Virus record (IMG/VR): IMGVR_UViG_3300035698_010295
Location: 13,668-77,667 of that record
Length of the DNA stretch: 64,000 nucleotides
Origin: a virus
Strand: one strand, 5' to 3'
Both the position numbers and the translations under genes were made by a program. Position 1 is the stretch's first letter. The number at the start of each line of letters is the position of its first letter. The notes under the pieces were generated by a model that was not told where the DNA came from, did no database searches, and was given only the letters and a program-made list of their open reading frames with translations. This document shows, piece after piece, positions 1 through 10,435 of this stretch.

Positions 1-253
1 GTCTCTGTATAAAACATTGTGACCATCATTGTGTACTCTTTGTGATTGTAAATAAGCTAGCGGCATACGTCCCCAAACTATGTTATGATCCCCTGGGCAA
101 CACCTAAGACCATTATAAGGCTCTAGCTTATCAAAATTTGTAAACAAAAAATTAGCATGTGATCTATTAAAACATTTAGATTCAACACTAAGTTCTTTGA
201 AAATATAACCTCTGTAGCTAGTTCTCAAACTAGTCTTACATATTTTGAATCCA

Positions 254-1654
254 CTATTTGTTCTTGCATGCCGTAGGCAGGGCACTAGTATCGACACCCC
301 CAGACCTACTATCCCCATCACTAGTACTAGTTCCAACAAAGTAAAGGCACTTTTTCGCTCTTGTGTATGCCACATATTTAATGTTTTCTTCCTGGGGGCC
401 ACCCAAAGGATGCGGCATGAGGTCAGGCCGCAAAATCCAAACCACATTACACTCTAAACCCTTAGCCTTGTGCACCGTGCTAAAAGTGATAGTAAGATCA
501 TCCGATGTATCACTAAACAAATCTTCAATCCTAGCGTAGATAGCATCAAGTGTATCGCAACCTTCAGCTAATACTTTGACAGTTTCGATTTTATCATTGA
601 GAACAAGTGCCTTTTCGGGATCACGTGGTAAGGTAATGTTATCTAAGCAAGTAAGTAAACACTCAATATCAGAAGAATTTAAATCCTTTATAAAAGCACT
701 AAGACCATCACCTATATCACGCCCTCGAACCTTAGCGGGGACCCCTAATCTTATCTGATCTAGGCAAGCTCCAATTAAAGGTGCTGTTGTACGACATAGG
801 ACAAACTCCCCTACTTTTGGGTCAAAAGGTCGAGTCTCTATAGTACCTTCTTCCTGAGACTCAAAAGGCTCTATCTCAGGTACAAACTGCTTAACGTACT
901 CTACGATAGATTTAGGACATCTATAACATATACTTAAGGGTAGCTTAGTAGCCTTAAAAATGCGTTCTGCGGACTCCATAGCCTTAGTGTCGGCTCCCCG
1001 GAAAGCATAGATAGCCTGCTTAGTATCACCAACAAGGATGCAGCGACCACCTAATCTATATACAAAATCTATTTGTACCGGCGATAAATCCTGTGATTCA
1101 TCAACGAAAACAAAATCATACTGTGGGAAAGTTAGACTTTTATATATAGGCTGCCAAACCATATCATCGAAATCTATAGTTTGCTTTTTTAACAGTGCAT
1201 CCCAAAGTGGGCGTCCGTGTGACCAATCATCACACTTAATATTGTATGCATCAGCAATTTCTTCAGGATCACGCCACGCAAGATATCCTAAACTCTTCAT
1301 TAAAGAGATCATTTTAATATAAGCATTAACATTCTTTTTAATACCTAAATCATAATAGAGTGTAGTGAACACTTTATTTTGTTTAACAAAGACTTTTCTT
1401 TCATTACGGATAATCTGCAAACCTAAACTGTGTATTGTTCTAGCTTCTGCTCCTAATGGTACTATATCAGCTAGATTATCAGCAATATGTTTGTTGAACG
1501 CTATGAAAATACACCTAGCACTACTAGGGACGTAATTCATAGCATCAAGTATGGTGGTAGTCTTACCACTACCAGCGACAGCTTCAATAATGGCGTTGCC
1601 GGTGCTGTTTTTAACAAAATCATAAATTGCTAGTTGATACTTGCTTGGCTTCAT
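254..1654 (-). CDS. UvrD/Rep-family superfamily 1 helicase
   Basis: Walker A AVAGSGKTT, Walker B VDESQD, VGDTKQAIYAFRGA, CYRCP, STVHKAKGLE, YVAYTRAK. Confidence 0.92.
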   Translation of the reverse strand: MKPSKYQLAIYDFVKNSTGNAIIEAVAGSGKTTTILDAMNYVPSSARCIFIAFNKHIADNLADIVPLGAEARTIHSLGLQIIRNERKVFVKQNKVFTTLYYDLGIKKNVNAYIKMISLMKSLGYLAWRDPEEIADAYNIKCDDWSHGRPLWDALLKKQTIDFDDMVWQPIYKSLTFPQYDFVFVDESQDLSPVQIDFVYRLGGRCILVGDTKQAIYAFRGADTKAMESAERIFKATKLPLSICYRCPKSIVEYVKQFVPEIEPFESQEEGTIETRPFDPKVGEFVLCRTTAPLIGACLDQIRLGVPAKVRGRDIGDGLSAFIKDLNSSDIECLLTCLDNITLPRDPEKALVLNDKIETVKVLAEGCDTLDAIYARIEDLFSDTSDDLTITFSTVHKAKGLECNVVWILRPDLMPHPLGGPQEENIKYVAYTRAKKCLYFVGTSTSDGDSRSGGVDTSALPTACKNK

Positions 1655-1872
1655 TTTATCTCCATAGTTGTATATGTTGACCCATTAAATTCTCTAGTGA
1701 CCATTGCAAATTTAAGGTGCGGGAACATCATAGTCAACCAATTCAGTAGAGCAACATTGCTTCTGCAACGTCCGCGAACGTGTTTCATTAACTTAACTAG
1801 TACCTTCATTTGTTCAACATTGATCTCGCCAAAAGCATCATTAAACTCTATTGGGTTTTCAACCTTAATCAT
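1651..1872 (-). CDS. hypothetical protein
   Basis: 73 aa ORF with 4-nt start/stop overlaps to neighbours. Confidence 0.6.
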   Translation of the reverse strand: MIKVENPIEFNDAFGEINVEQMKVLVKLMKHVRGRCRSNVALLNWLTMMFPHLKFAMVTREFNGSTYTTMEIK

Positions 1873-2075
1873 ACTTTAAACCCTTTCTCTCTAGCTATTG
1901 CTTTAAGAGACTCTAAAAAAGTTCTCTTTAAATCACACATTACCTTCAGAACCAATATGTCAGTTGCATTCGTAGCAATTGGTTCAAACTCATCCCACAT
2001 CTCATTAAGCTTGTCATTGAGCTTATTTATTAATACTAATTTTCCAATGGTTGGATCATAATTAACACCCTTCAA
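1869..2075 (-). CDS. hypothetical protein
   Basis: 68 aa ORF packed in operon. Confidence 0.55.
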   Translation of the reverse strand: MKGVNYDPTIGKLVLINKLNDKLNEMWDEFEPIATNATDILVLKVMCDLKRTFLESLKAIAREKGFKV

Positions 2076-2295
2076 TGTTGTTAATAACTTCTTGAATCAT
2101 TGCACCAGCATGAAAAAGTAACCTATCACCTTGCTCAAGCGATTTTAGTATTGATCTCAAGTTCTCAAGATCAGTTGCACGTTTATAAGTAAAGCCTGTG
2201 ACATTAACTTCACTGCCGCAGTGTATGCAAACTGGTTTAACTACAACAGAATTACGATCACATTTTTTACAATAGTAACTGTTCATCCTTGCCAT
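2062..2295 (-). CDS. small zinc-ribbon protein
   Basis: CKKC...CIHCG motif. Confidence 0.55.
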   Translation of the reverse strand: MARMNSYYCKKCDRNSVVVKPVCIHCGSEVNVTGFTYKRATDLENLRSILKSLEQGDRLLFHAGAMIQEVINNIEGC

Positions 2296-2522
2296 CCAAA
2301 TCCTATAGCTAGTGTTTCGGCCATATCAAGTACAAAGTTATTTGTAATTGTCCATTTACCTCTGAATTTGATTCGATGAATCCCATCAAACCTATCAAAA
2401 AGAATAGGACCTTCCGGGGTAAAGAAGTAATCAAACTTCCATTCTTTATTTTTTACTAACCAGTGTTTGAAAAAGTCTTTAGCGGCTCGTGGACAGAAGC
2501 AAGTCATTCTAACTGGTTGCAT
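2283..2522 (-). CDS. hypothetical protein
   Basis: 79 aa ORF, upstream AAGGA. Confidence 0.55.
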   Translation of the reverse strand: MQPVRMTCFCPRAAKDFFKHWLVKNKEWKFDYFFTPEGPILFDRFDGIHRIKFRGKWTITNNFVLDMAETLAIGFGWQG

Positions 2523-2534
2523 AATATTTCCTTT

Positions 2535-2966
2535 TTAAGAAAATTGGCTCACGTATATTAAATCTTCATAATATTTATAAAGATGGTACCAATCTTGCGT
2601 AAAGCTATTGGCTACACGATCACCATAAATAATTTCAGTGGCACCAACCTGTATAATACCCCGCAAACAATCAGGGCAAGGTGGTCCTGTGACATAGAAT
2701 ATTGATTTCTTAAGCGATATACCTATTCTAGCAGCATTATAAATAGCATTACGCTCTGCATGCTCCATGTGTAAGTATTTTTCTGGTCTGGTTTGTGGTA
2801 TCTTTGAATCTAGTGCACCACGTACAGGGCCATTATAACCTATACTTAGAACTTCACTTTCCTCACCAATAACTACACACCCATGATGCGTACTTTCGTC
2901 TTTTGAAAGCTCGGCTATTTTAAAAGCCAGTTCCATGTAAATTTTATCCTTCTGCATATCGCTCAT
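2535..2966 (-). CDS. dCMP deaminase (ComEB-like)
   Basis: GYNG, HAERNA and PCPDC zinc motifs; start moved to MSDMQK at 2966 behind an AAGGAG RBS. Confidence 0.9.
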   Translation of the reverse strand: MSDMQKDKIYMELAFKIAELSKDESTHHGCVVIGEESEVLSIGYNGPVRGALDSKIPQTRPEKYLHMEHAERNAIYNAARIGISLKKSIFYVTGPPCPDCLRGIIQVGATEIIYGDRVANSFTQDWYHLYKYYEDLIYVSQFS

Positions 2967-3315
2967 GCCATGCTCTCCTTGATACCTCGATAATTGCGTT
3001 TGGGTATTTTTCACAAGCTGCTAGATATTTTTTCAACCAAGGTAAGAAATCATTATAGCTTCCCCAACCATTGTCTGGATTGAAACTTATGTAGTACTTT
3101 GGATCAGCTTCCATTGCCTGAATACCGGCTTTTAAAGGACCAATGATTTGGCTGGCTTTGGTAATGTCTAGTTCTTCAGGTCGCCAGATGATTTTATAAA
3201 TCTTGGCTTCATCTGCCATGGGTGTTAAGTTGTGTGTCAGACCAGAATCAAAGACCTTATCAGATCGTCCGCAACACTCACAAAAATTGTCTTTCAAGTG
3301 CACATTTAAACCCAT
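2944..3315 (-). CDS. hypothetical phage protein
   Basis: 123 aa ORF in operon. Confidence 0.6.
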   Translation of the reverse strand: MGLNVHLKDNFCECCGRSDKVFDSGLTHNLTPMADEAKIYKIIWRPEELDITKASQIIGPLKAGIQAMEADPKYYISFNPDNGWGSYNDFLPWLKKYLAACEKYPNAIIEVSRRAWHERYAEG

Positions 3316-3503
3316 TAGTCTACCCTCACAATCTTGTCATTCTTCATGTGTACAGTAGCATACCAAGATCTTTTTTCATTAGTAACATTAAAATAACCAT
3401 TAGCATTATACTCTGGACCAAAGAAACTAGTTTCTTGAAACTTTAGTTTTTGTCCAAGGGCTGCTTTTAGGTCTTTTTTGTATTGGTACTGTACTATAAT
3501 CAC
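3315..3503 (-). CDS. hypothetical protein
   Basis: 62 aa ORF coupled to downstream gene. Confidence 0.5.
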   Translation of the reverse strand: MIIVQYQYKKDLKAALGQKLKFQETSFFGPEYNANGYFNVTNEKRSWYATVHMKNDKIVRVD

Positions 3504-3999
3504 AATATTTTCTCCTTATAATTGTTTTGATTCGATGGATCCACTGATGTGTGTATAGTAATAACTCACCTATTTGACGATCATTATACCCTTGTAAACT
3601 CATTAATAAAACAGTAAATTCTATTGGATTTAAATGCAACTGATTGATTGTTTCAATTATTTCTAAGTAACTTTTATCTTTGTAATATGGTTCAATATTT
3701 TTTGTTGGTCTATAATTAAAGTCACCATTAGTTAATTTCTTTTTTAATGTGTTAGGTGCTAAGGGTATTGTTCTATCAAATGCCCAATAATTAACACAAA
3801 CACGTCTTATAATGTAAACTAAATATGCTTTTCTTTTTTGATCTGTAAAATCTATTAATTCATCTATATTTTCACATAATGCTAATAATGACTCTGACTC
3901 TAAATCTTGTTTATTATATGGATATTTGTCAGCAAATCTTTTACTCAACATTATAACAAATGGTTTATATTCTTCTATTAACTCATTTTTTGATCTCAT
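3427..3999 (-). CDS. sigma-70-like RNA polymerase sigma factor
   Basis: Region 2-like LIEEYKPFV...DLESESLLAL; region 4-like HTH LQGYNDRQIGELL; GGAG upstream. Confidence 0.7.
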   Translation of the reverse strand: MRSKNELIEEYKPFVIMLSKRFADKYPYNKQDLESESLLALCENIDELIDFTDQKRKAYLVYIIRRVCVNYWAFDRTIPLAPNTLKKKLTNGDFNYRPTKNIEPYYKDKSYLEIIETINQLHLNPIEFTVLLMSLQGYNDRQIGELLLYTHQWIHRIKTIIRRKYCDYSTVPIQKRPKSSPWTKTKVSRN

Positions 4000-4021
4000 A
4001 AATCACTGGCTCCTTCCACTG

Positions 4022-4035
4022 TTAAATCAAATCAA
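4022..4035. promoter_or_regulatory. TTAAATCAAATCAA motif copy upstream of the sigma factor gene
   Basis: Exact 14-mer also at 4167-4180, 26476-26489 and (reverse complement) 26768-26781. Confidence 0.5.
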
Positions 4036-4166
4036 GGTCGACATGACCTTTCGCTCCGTGCATCTTTATATTACAGGATAACCGACCGACACTCAAGACA
4101 ATTATCGGGCCGACCAGATAATAAGGTTCACGCGTGTTCTATTTTATAGGTAATTCCAGAATACTA

Positions 4167-4586
4167 TTAAATCAAATCAAAAATTAGGATTTTGATTTCA
4201 GGCATCAAATTCTTATAATCATATACTTTACCCTTGGGGTCAAAGATTTTATCTCCATGATAAGCTACAGCATGATCTTTTAAAATTAGAACACCTGTCT
4301 CTGAACACGGGAAATCTTCTTGCTCAAAATAAATAAGATGTTCATCATCGTGGCCTAAAACGATGTTTCTATAAATAGGTACACACATCTTACAATGAGC
4401 ATACGCTACAATCATACACTCTTGTAGGTGCCAACCTCTATAACACTTAGGATTGGGTAGATCAGGCCAAGCTATATTATAACCTTGTTTACCGAGTAAT
4501 TGGATAAAGTCATTAGGCTCCACATCACAAGCCATAGCAAAGGCGTATGGTAGACAATCATTGTTGTTGGATTTCTGTAATCTCAT
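4167..4586 (-). CDS. putative C39-like (papain-fold) peptidase
   Basis: N-terminal Q-x5-DC motif (QKSNNNDC); later HAVAY...FDP. Confidence 0.45.
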   Translation of the reverse strand: MRLQKSNNNDCLPYAFAMACDVEPNDFIQLLGKQGYNIAWPDLPNPKCYRGWHLQECMIVAYAHCKMCVPIYRNIVLGHDDEHLIYFEQEDFPCSETGVLILKDHAVAYHGDKIFDPKGKVYDYKNLMPEIKILIFDLI

Positions 4587-4597
4587 TTAGAGTCTCC

Positions 4598-4876
4598 TTA
4601 CCATCGTATTTCCCATTGTGACCAGTCATAAGGATTTGGTGGTCCCTTATATTCATTAAACACAACGTCAAAGCCATCTTGTTGTAGCTGTTGGACAACT
4701 GCCTGTTCTAGTTCTTTAGATGGGGGTTGATCTAATCCGCGAAATGGGCCATAGTAACAACGTCGTCCTTTTTCTGCATAAGTTTTGATCTTATCATAGA
4801 TAGATTTAAGAATAGGATTTATCAGTGACCTTGATAAAGTACTTCTGGTTATTCTTCTGGCTTCTTCAGCATTCAT
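4598..4876 (-). CDS. hypothetical protein
   Basis: 92 aa ORF in operon. Confidence 0.6.
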   Translation of the reverse strand: MNAEEARRITRSTLSRSLINPILKSIYDKIKTYAEKGRRCYYGPFRGLDQPPSKELEQAVVQQLQQDGFDVVFNEYKGPPNPYDWSQWEIRW

Positions 4877-5175
4877 TTTGCTTTACCCAGTATTAGTTTA
4901 GTTGATTGTTGAATCTCAGTGAGCAGAGTTTCGAAATCAAAACTATTATCTGTCGATAGCATATCTATCGTTTCATTTATAACATGCAGTCGTAATGTTG
5001 GTGACATTTTAGCATAAGGTACGCAATGTAAGGCTCGCAGTGCATTGTATATTTTCTGGTCTGGAATAGTGCATGTGATTTTCAAACATGCATCAATGGT
5101 ACAGATAGAAAAAGACTGATTGTCAAACATCTGTTTGATAGCAACTGTAACAGCTTCTCGTTCAAAATTATTCAT
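4873..5175 (-). CDS. hypothetical protein
   Basis: 100 aa ORF, 4-nt overlap with neighbour. Confidence 0.6.
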   Translation of the reverse strand: MNNFEREAVTVAIKQMFDNQSFSICTIDACLKITCTIPDQKIYNALRALHCVPYAKMSPTLRLHVINETIDMLSTDNSFDFETLLTEIQQSTKLILGKAK

Positions 5176-5185
5176 AACTCACTTT

Positions 5186-5425
5186 TCAAGCAAAACTGAG
5201 ATCATTTGGGTTTGTTGCCGCTGCTGTATATTCATTGAAGCGGTGCCACTCACCAGCACAATTATAAACGACAAAAATCCATTTGTCGTTCCAGCTTTTT
5301 ATCCTTCCTCGTTCTGGTTCTCCAACACAAGGATGATAGTTAACCCAGCGACCTATATCATCTGCTGTTAGTTCTTGTATTTTTAGTTTATTGTCTTTAA
5401 TTAACTTCCGCAATCCGTTTGCCAT
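5186..5425 (-). CDS. hypothetical protein
   Basis: 79 aa ORF. Confidence 0.55.
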   Translation of the reverse strand: MANGLRKLIKDNKLKIQELTADDIGRWVNYHPCVGEPERGRIKSWNDKWIFVVYNCAGEWHRFNEYTAAATNPNDLSFA

Positions 5426-5743
5426 TTCACTCGCCGCCTTTCAATTTTCGTATCGCCATCTCCATAGACATAATGACAAAACCGCCCAAATTGCCCAACC
5501 AAACCCATATTCAAAATTAGTTGCAATGCCAACCTTTGCACTAATACCAGCTAGGCCTAATACCACAATAGCACCTGCAATGTTATATGTTTTCATGTAT
5601 CTGTCCTGCTTCCTATAGGCGGCTAATTCCGCTGCTTCAGCCACCACCACAACACCAATCCTAAAATCCACTTATGCATAACGTTCACCTACTTTCTGCC
5701 CTACGGGGCAATTCGTTCTTCGAGTTCTTCTAACCAAAACATT

Positions 5744-5992
5744 TCAATCACCGCCTTTTGCTGAATATCTACCTTTCGCCAACGCCCACCATGCATCCCA
5801 CGCCATAAGAAAAGTAATTACACTGAATCCAATTAATATTAGACATATTAGAATTTGTGCTATCTTGAAAGATAAATTTATATCAACAATGTGTAACATA
5901 GGTACAATACCATACCGATTGCAGAAGATAAACAGGGAACACAGGGCCGTCGATATAAGTGCATTGCATAATGTTTGTATTCGTTTAGTCAT
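5744..5992 (-). CDS. small membrane protein
   Basis: Two hydrophobic segments; AAGGAG RBS. Confidence 0.55.
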   Translation of the reverse strand: MTKRIQTLCNALISTALCSLFIFCNRYGIVPMLHIVDINLSFKIAQILICLILIGFSVITFLMAWDAWWALAKGRYSAKGGD

Positions 5993-6020
5993 ACTTTGTC
6001 TCCTTAACTACAACCTTGCA

Positions 6021-6356
6021 TCACTGGGAATTTTCATTGTTTCTTATCGCTTCACCAAGTTGTGCATTTAATGCTATGACATCAGGTTCTGTACAGAAAG
6101 CATAACTAAGGGCACTGGATGCGGTAGAACCAACACCTAAAACCCGCTCTGTACCTAATTTAGGTCGCCGTCGCACTACAATATATTCCTGGCCATGCTC
6201 TCTACCGTCAAACGTATCCCGCAGTATAAGCTCACAACGAAAGTCATCCAATTTTTGCAGTCGTAGCACGATTAATTTATTTGTTAAATCTTCAACCGTA
6301 TTGTATTCTGTGGTTACTGTTTTGCTCACCAGTTTCCTTTCACTGCTTAGAGGCAT
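6021..6356 (-). CDS. hypothetical protein
   Basis: 111 aa ORF. Confidence 0.55.
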   Translation of the reverse strand: MPLSSERKLVSKTVTTEYNTVEDLTNKLIVLRLQKLDDFRCELILRDTFDGREHGQEYIVVRRRPKLGTERVLGVGSTASSALSYAFCTEPDVIALNAQLGEAIRNNENSQ

Positions 6357-6661
6357 ATGTCACAAATTAAATTAGTCACCTTTCTGACAGCAGCCCTACC
6401 ACAAACACACTGTATCCATGTAAAGCCAGGCAAGATGCCTGAATAATCATAATACAGTATCTTATCGCAAACGCACGTGACCTCACAATCAAGAGGCCGT
6501 GCGGTTTTACGGATGATCGAACCACCGCATGACGGACAGAACTGAAAATTATTTGCCGTTACACTGAATTTTGTGTCACAGCAGCCGGGCCGCCAATACA
6601 CTCCATACGTCCAATCAGGATTGTTAATTCTTTGCCAGACGCAAAAACGTGCATCCATCAT
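6347..6661 (-). CDS. Cys-rich hypothetical protein
   Basis: CPSCG and multiple Cys pairs. Confidence 0.5.
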   Translation of the reverse strand: MMDARFCVWQRINNPDWTYGVYWRPGCCDTKFSVTANNFQFCPSCGGSIIRKTARPLDCEVTCVCDKILYYDYSGILPGFTWIQCVCGRAAVRKVTNLICDICL

Positions 6662-6960
6662 TTTGCCACCTTAGATTCAGCCATGTCTTTAGTTTTCTGC
6701 CATCTTTCAGCAAACGCCAATCGCCATATATTGATAGCTCCCAATCCGACACATAAACCAATTGCGAGTAGTGATACACCCTTCAAAACTGACTCTTTCA
6801 CAAAATAGCCACCGAGAAATATCTCAGACGCTGACACAAATGAGAATAGAGTCGCAAAATTATTAATTGTATCTTGTAACCCATCAATTACCGCCTTATT
6901 CCTTATCAAAAGGTAATGATCTACATTGAAAACCAGCTGCGGATTTATGGCCACCACCAC
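6658..6960 (-). CDS. hypothetical membrane protein
   Basis: Hydrophobic segments; start uncertain. Confidence 0.4.
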   Translation of the reverse strand: MVVAINPQLVFNVDHYLLIRNKAVIDGLQDTINNFATLFSFVSASEIFLGGYFVKESVLKGVSLLAIGLCVGLGAINIWRLAFAERWQKTKDMAESKVAK

Positions 6961-7705
6961 CCCTATTCTTAGCTATAAAAGCAACATCAATTTTATTAGA
7001 TCGTAAACTAACTGTCCAATTAGAGCCATCATTATAATAAAAAATCACAATATCATAATTATCAATACGACCCTCTATCCGATTACTACTAATCATAGGA
7101 CGATTTACTGCCCAACAGTTATTACCCTCAAAAACACAATCAAACCCTATTTTATTTAAGAGTTTGTCTTCCTGTGCCTTATATTGCTCTATAATTTTTC
7201 CTTGTTCTACTAGTTCATCAATATTGATTTGATACATATACTTTAACCAAAACTCAGATGTTGGTGATGTATCATACAATTGACTACCGGCGAAAAAATA
7301 TTTAGTTTCATCACCAAAATCCCATTTCCATATATCACGATCTGCTACTAAGTTTATTGATTTAGGTACTACTTTATTGGGATAAATATACCTCCATGTT
7401 AAGATACAAGCTGCATCTTCTATTGATCTTACTCCATCAATTTCTTTGGGGAAACCAACATATTTTTCAAGAGCCGTTTTATGGTGATCAATCCAAACAA
7501 CGTTTGTTGTTATTTCCAAGAGTTTTAACATTTCTGATGGTTCGATAGAGTAATCTACGATCCATATTTTTTCGTTTGGTTCTATGGCTTCAAATGGAAA
7601 TGGTGTTCCATAATTGATCTCTCGCATCTCACATTCATGGTACTGGTCATAGACACAAAATCCAGATGCTTGTCCATCTAGATCATCATGGTGAAAACAC
7701 TTCAT
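6896..7705 (-). CDS. DHH/DHHA1-family phosphoesterase
   Basis: HHDDLDG, VDYS, WIDHH, SLRS, GGGGHKSAAG. Confidence 0.9.
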   Translation of the reverse strand: MKCFHHDDLDGQASGFCVYDQYHECEMREINYGTPFPFEAIEPNEKIWIVDYSIEPSEMLKLLEITTNVVWIDHHKTALEKYVGFPKEIDGVRSIEDAACILTWRYIYPNKVVPKSINLVADRDIWKWDFGDETKYFFAGSQLYDTSPTSEFWLKYMYQINIDELVEQGKIIEQYKAQEDKLLNKIGFDCVFEGNNCWAVNRPMISSNRIEGRIDNYDIVIFYYNDGSNWTVSLRSNKIDVAFIAKNRGGGGHKSAAGFQCRSLPFDKE

Positions 7706-8040
7706 AATATATTCTCCAATTTTCTTACGATAGCCTCAGCTTCATCACTAATTTCAAGGGATGTTATGTATCTGCGTTGTGCTAATGTACATAATCTCGC
7801 TAATAGTAAATGTGTGGCCTCATGTTTTGCTATTAATTTTGGATCTCTATGATCGTTATACACAGAAGAAAAATAAACTGAAGCACATTTGCCAGATTCA
7901 TCAATATGAATCTCAGCATAATTATCTTCTAATGGTTCAAAATTAAAATCTATACAATATTCTTGTAAACCTAGTTTATTTGCTAATTCTTTAAATGTCT
8001 TTTTAAATAATACAAAGTCTTTTTTAGGTACTTTCTTCAT
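7702..8040 (-). CDS. HExxH putative metallopeptidase
   Basis: KHEATHLLL with downstream EAE. Confidence 0.5.
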   Translation of the reverse strand: MKKVPKKDFVLFKKTFKELANKLGLQEYCIDFNFEPLEDNYAEIHIDESGKCASVYFSSVYNDHRDPKLIAKHEATHLLLARLCTLAQRRYITSLEISDEAEAIVRKLENIL

Positions 8041-8512
8041 TTAGAACCTTAGTTTCAAGTTGTTCAGCGGTAATTTCAATGGTAGCATTAGCTACATTAC
8101 GCAGTTCATTACAAACACCACACGCAATAATCATAACTTTTTTATCTAATTCTTTAAGGTAAGTTACCAATGGAACAAGATCTCTACTAGCTGAACCTAG
8201 GATAACCTGATCCAATGCATCAAGATTACGAATAATATCCACTGCAATATTAACACCTAAAGTTGTGTTTCTATTCCTAGTAGTGTGTATAAACTTTGTT
8301 GAAAATCCAAGAGCATTGAGTCTTCTTATGAAAGCTTTAGCTTCATTGTCTATTTTTACACCAAAAGCTCGACAAACTGTTATTTCACCACCTTCAGGTA
8401 GTTCTTCACAAACAGTATTTAAATATTTTGAATAATCAATCTTTTGTTCTTCAAAAGCACGACCTACACAATAATAAAGATTTGATACATCAACAAATAA
8501 ACCTACTCGCAT
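8024..8512 (-). CDS. NYN/LabA-DUF88 PIN-like domain protein (degenerate)
   Basis: VGLFVDVSNLY N-terminal motif, LGSASRDLVPLV, ELRNVAN. Confidence 0.75.
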   Translation of the reverse strand: MRVGLFVDVSNLYYCVGRAFEEQKIDYSKYLNTVCEELPEGGEITVCRAFGVKIDNEAKAFIRRLNALGFSTKFIHTTRNRNTTLGVNIAVDIIRNLDALDQVILGSASRDLVPLVTYLKELDKKVMIIACGVCNELRNVANATIEITAEQLETKVLNEEST

Positions 8513-8524
8513 AATAATTTTCCT

Positions 8525-10411
8525 TTACTTAACTGGGCAACCACCTTTGGAGCACTCAGTTCCTTCAATAATATCACCAGACTCTATCCCACTGTAAATT
8601 GTTTCTTTATTTATTTCATTATATTTTTCCTCTGTTATTTCTTCCATAGGTGCTTGTATAAAACCATGATCACTTTTTAAAACAAATGAGAGTGTTTTAA
8701 TTTCAAAGTAATTTTGTTGTAACCATTTTTGTATAATAGGTAATTCCCAAGGTTCATAATATATTGTACATGATACACTATTATCTGACCAGTGACGTTG
8801 AAGCCAAAGAGCATTTTCCAATTGATCAGTAACACTTAACTCTGAAGCACAGATAGCATCAGTTTTAATCGGGAATGATATTACCATAACATTAAGGTCT
8901 TGGTTACCATTTAAATCAATCTGTGGTTCAATATGATAACCATGTTTTCGACAAATTTCTACAACAGGATCATTAGAAGCCATACGTACTCTTCTAATAT
9001 AGTAAGGTGCAAAAGCGGGATGTGCACCTGGTGTTACACCTGCAAGAAGTGAAACTGTGCCTGATGGTTTGACTGTGGTTAATTTAATACTAGGTAAAAC
9101 ACCAAGTAACCTAGAAAAGTTAGCATCTTCATACTCTAAATTATTATATACATTAGAAAACAAATCACTATCAAGTCTAAAGTTAGATTGCATAAATCCA
9201 GTTACGGAAAGACCAAGTCTATGGTTTCTGGTCACGACTTCGGTTGTCTCTGGATAAAGGAACGGTAGTGTACTTATGATTTTACAAGCTTTCATCATTA
9301 GTACAGAAACCTTTTTAAATTCACCTTCAGTACGTATATTAGGTAAGAATATCTCACCTAAGTTGCAAGCCTCATAGGATTCAAGCGTAATTTCAGCACA
9401 AGGATTAACACCAGTCACACGTTCATCTGTTCTATAGTTGAAGCCATCTACAACCCTACCATATTGACGACAATTCTTTAAATTTATCAAACCGTAAGGT
9501 TCTCCCTCACCATTATAACCATCCCAGAAGTCAGGTGATATATCTTCATAATCATTACAAACTATACTATTGTTTGACATGCTCCGCCAACTAGGGATAC
9601 TGTGCTTACCCCAATTTTTAGCATCTAAGAAATCTTGATCATGTGAATCACCTAATGCTAGTTCAGCTGAACGTCTCACATTTCCAGATACCACTATTTG
9701 TCCAATGATATTTAATATATCCAATGAATCAATAGGGCGTAATTTTTGTCCATATCTCTTAGACAAAACACCACATATTTGTGTTAAGCCTATTACAAGT
9801 TCTTCACTACCAGAAGCTACACCTCCGAACGTTATAATTTTTGTTCCTTTGGGGCGTATGCAAGATGTATTATATTTAATATCTTTTCCAGTAAAGAAAA
9901 ATGCTTTTAGGATTTTACCAAGTATATTTACCCAACCTTCTCTATTGTCAGGTACAACATAATCGCAATCGAAATCATTAACCCTAGTGACAGTAGGGTC
10001 GAAGCAAACTGTTGGGATTTCATAAACAAATTCCGGGCAAATATTAAAACCAACACCGCCGCCAAGCATAAGTTCATTAAATGTAAAACAAAATGGTTTA
10101 ATTGCTTCTCGTATGGCGACTTGCCAACAATTTTGTAAACTATCACCCCCGAAACGATGAACATTATTAGTGCCAAGCTGCCACAAAGCACGTCCAGAGA
10201 AACTGCATCTGAGGTTAAATACGTGATCATATAGTTGCTCCTGCTCATCTCTTGTGAGGATATCAGCTATTTCAGCTAAACCATTAATACAACGTTCTAC
10301 AGTTTGATACCACTCTTCATCTCTGGAATATGTTCTTTTATAGATTATGTAACCTATTGGACCCCAAGGCGGTCTTTTATTTCTATAACGATTTATGAAA
10401 TCTTTTCTCAT
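8525..10411 (-). CDS. nrdJ: adenosylcobalamin-dependent (class II) ribonucleotide reductase
   Basis: SGR, LQNC, GGGVG, GNVRRSA, NPCAEI, TTVKPSGT, C-terminal CSKGGCPVK; no beta subunit in the window. Confidence 0.9.
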   Translation of the reverse strand: MRKDFINRYRNKRPPWGPIGYIIYKRTYSRDEEWYQTVERCINGLAEIADILTRDEQEQLYDHVFNLRCSFSGRALWQLGTNNVHRFGGDSLQNCWQVAIREAIKPFCFTFNELMLGGGVGFNICPEFVYEIPTVCFDPTVTRVNDFDCDYVVPDNREGWVNILGKILKAFFFTGKDIKYNTSCIRPKGTKIITFGGVASGSEELVIGLTQICGVLSKRYGQKLRPIDSLDILNIIGQIVVSGNVRRSAELALGDSHDQDFLDAKNWGKHSIPSWRSMSNNSIVCNDYEDISPDFWDGYNGEGEPYGLINLKNCRQYGRVVDGFNYRTDERVTGVNPCAEITLESYEACNLGEIFLPNIRTEGEFKKVSVLMMKACKIISTLPFLYPETTEVVTRNHRLGLSVTGFMQSNFRLDSDLFSNVYNNLEYEDANFSRLLGVLPSIKLTTVKPSGTVSLLAGVTPGAHPAFAPYYIRRVRMASNDPVVEICRKHGYHIEPQIDLNGNQDLNVMVISFPIKTDAICASELSVTDQLENALWLQRHWSDNSVSCTIYYEPWELPIIQKWLQQNYFEIKTLSFVLKSDHGFIQAPMEEITEEKYNEINKETIYSGIESGDIIEGTECSKGGCPVK

Positions 10412-10435
10412 TTTTGTTCCTTAAAACGAAATTAG

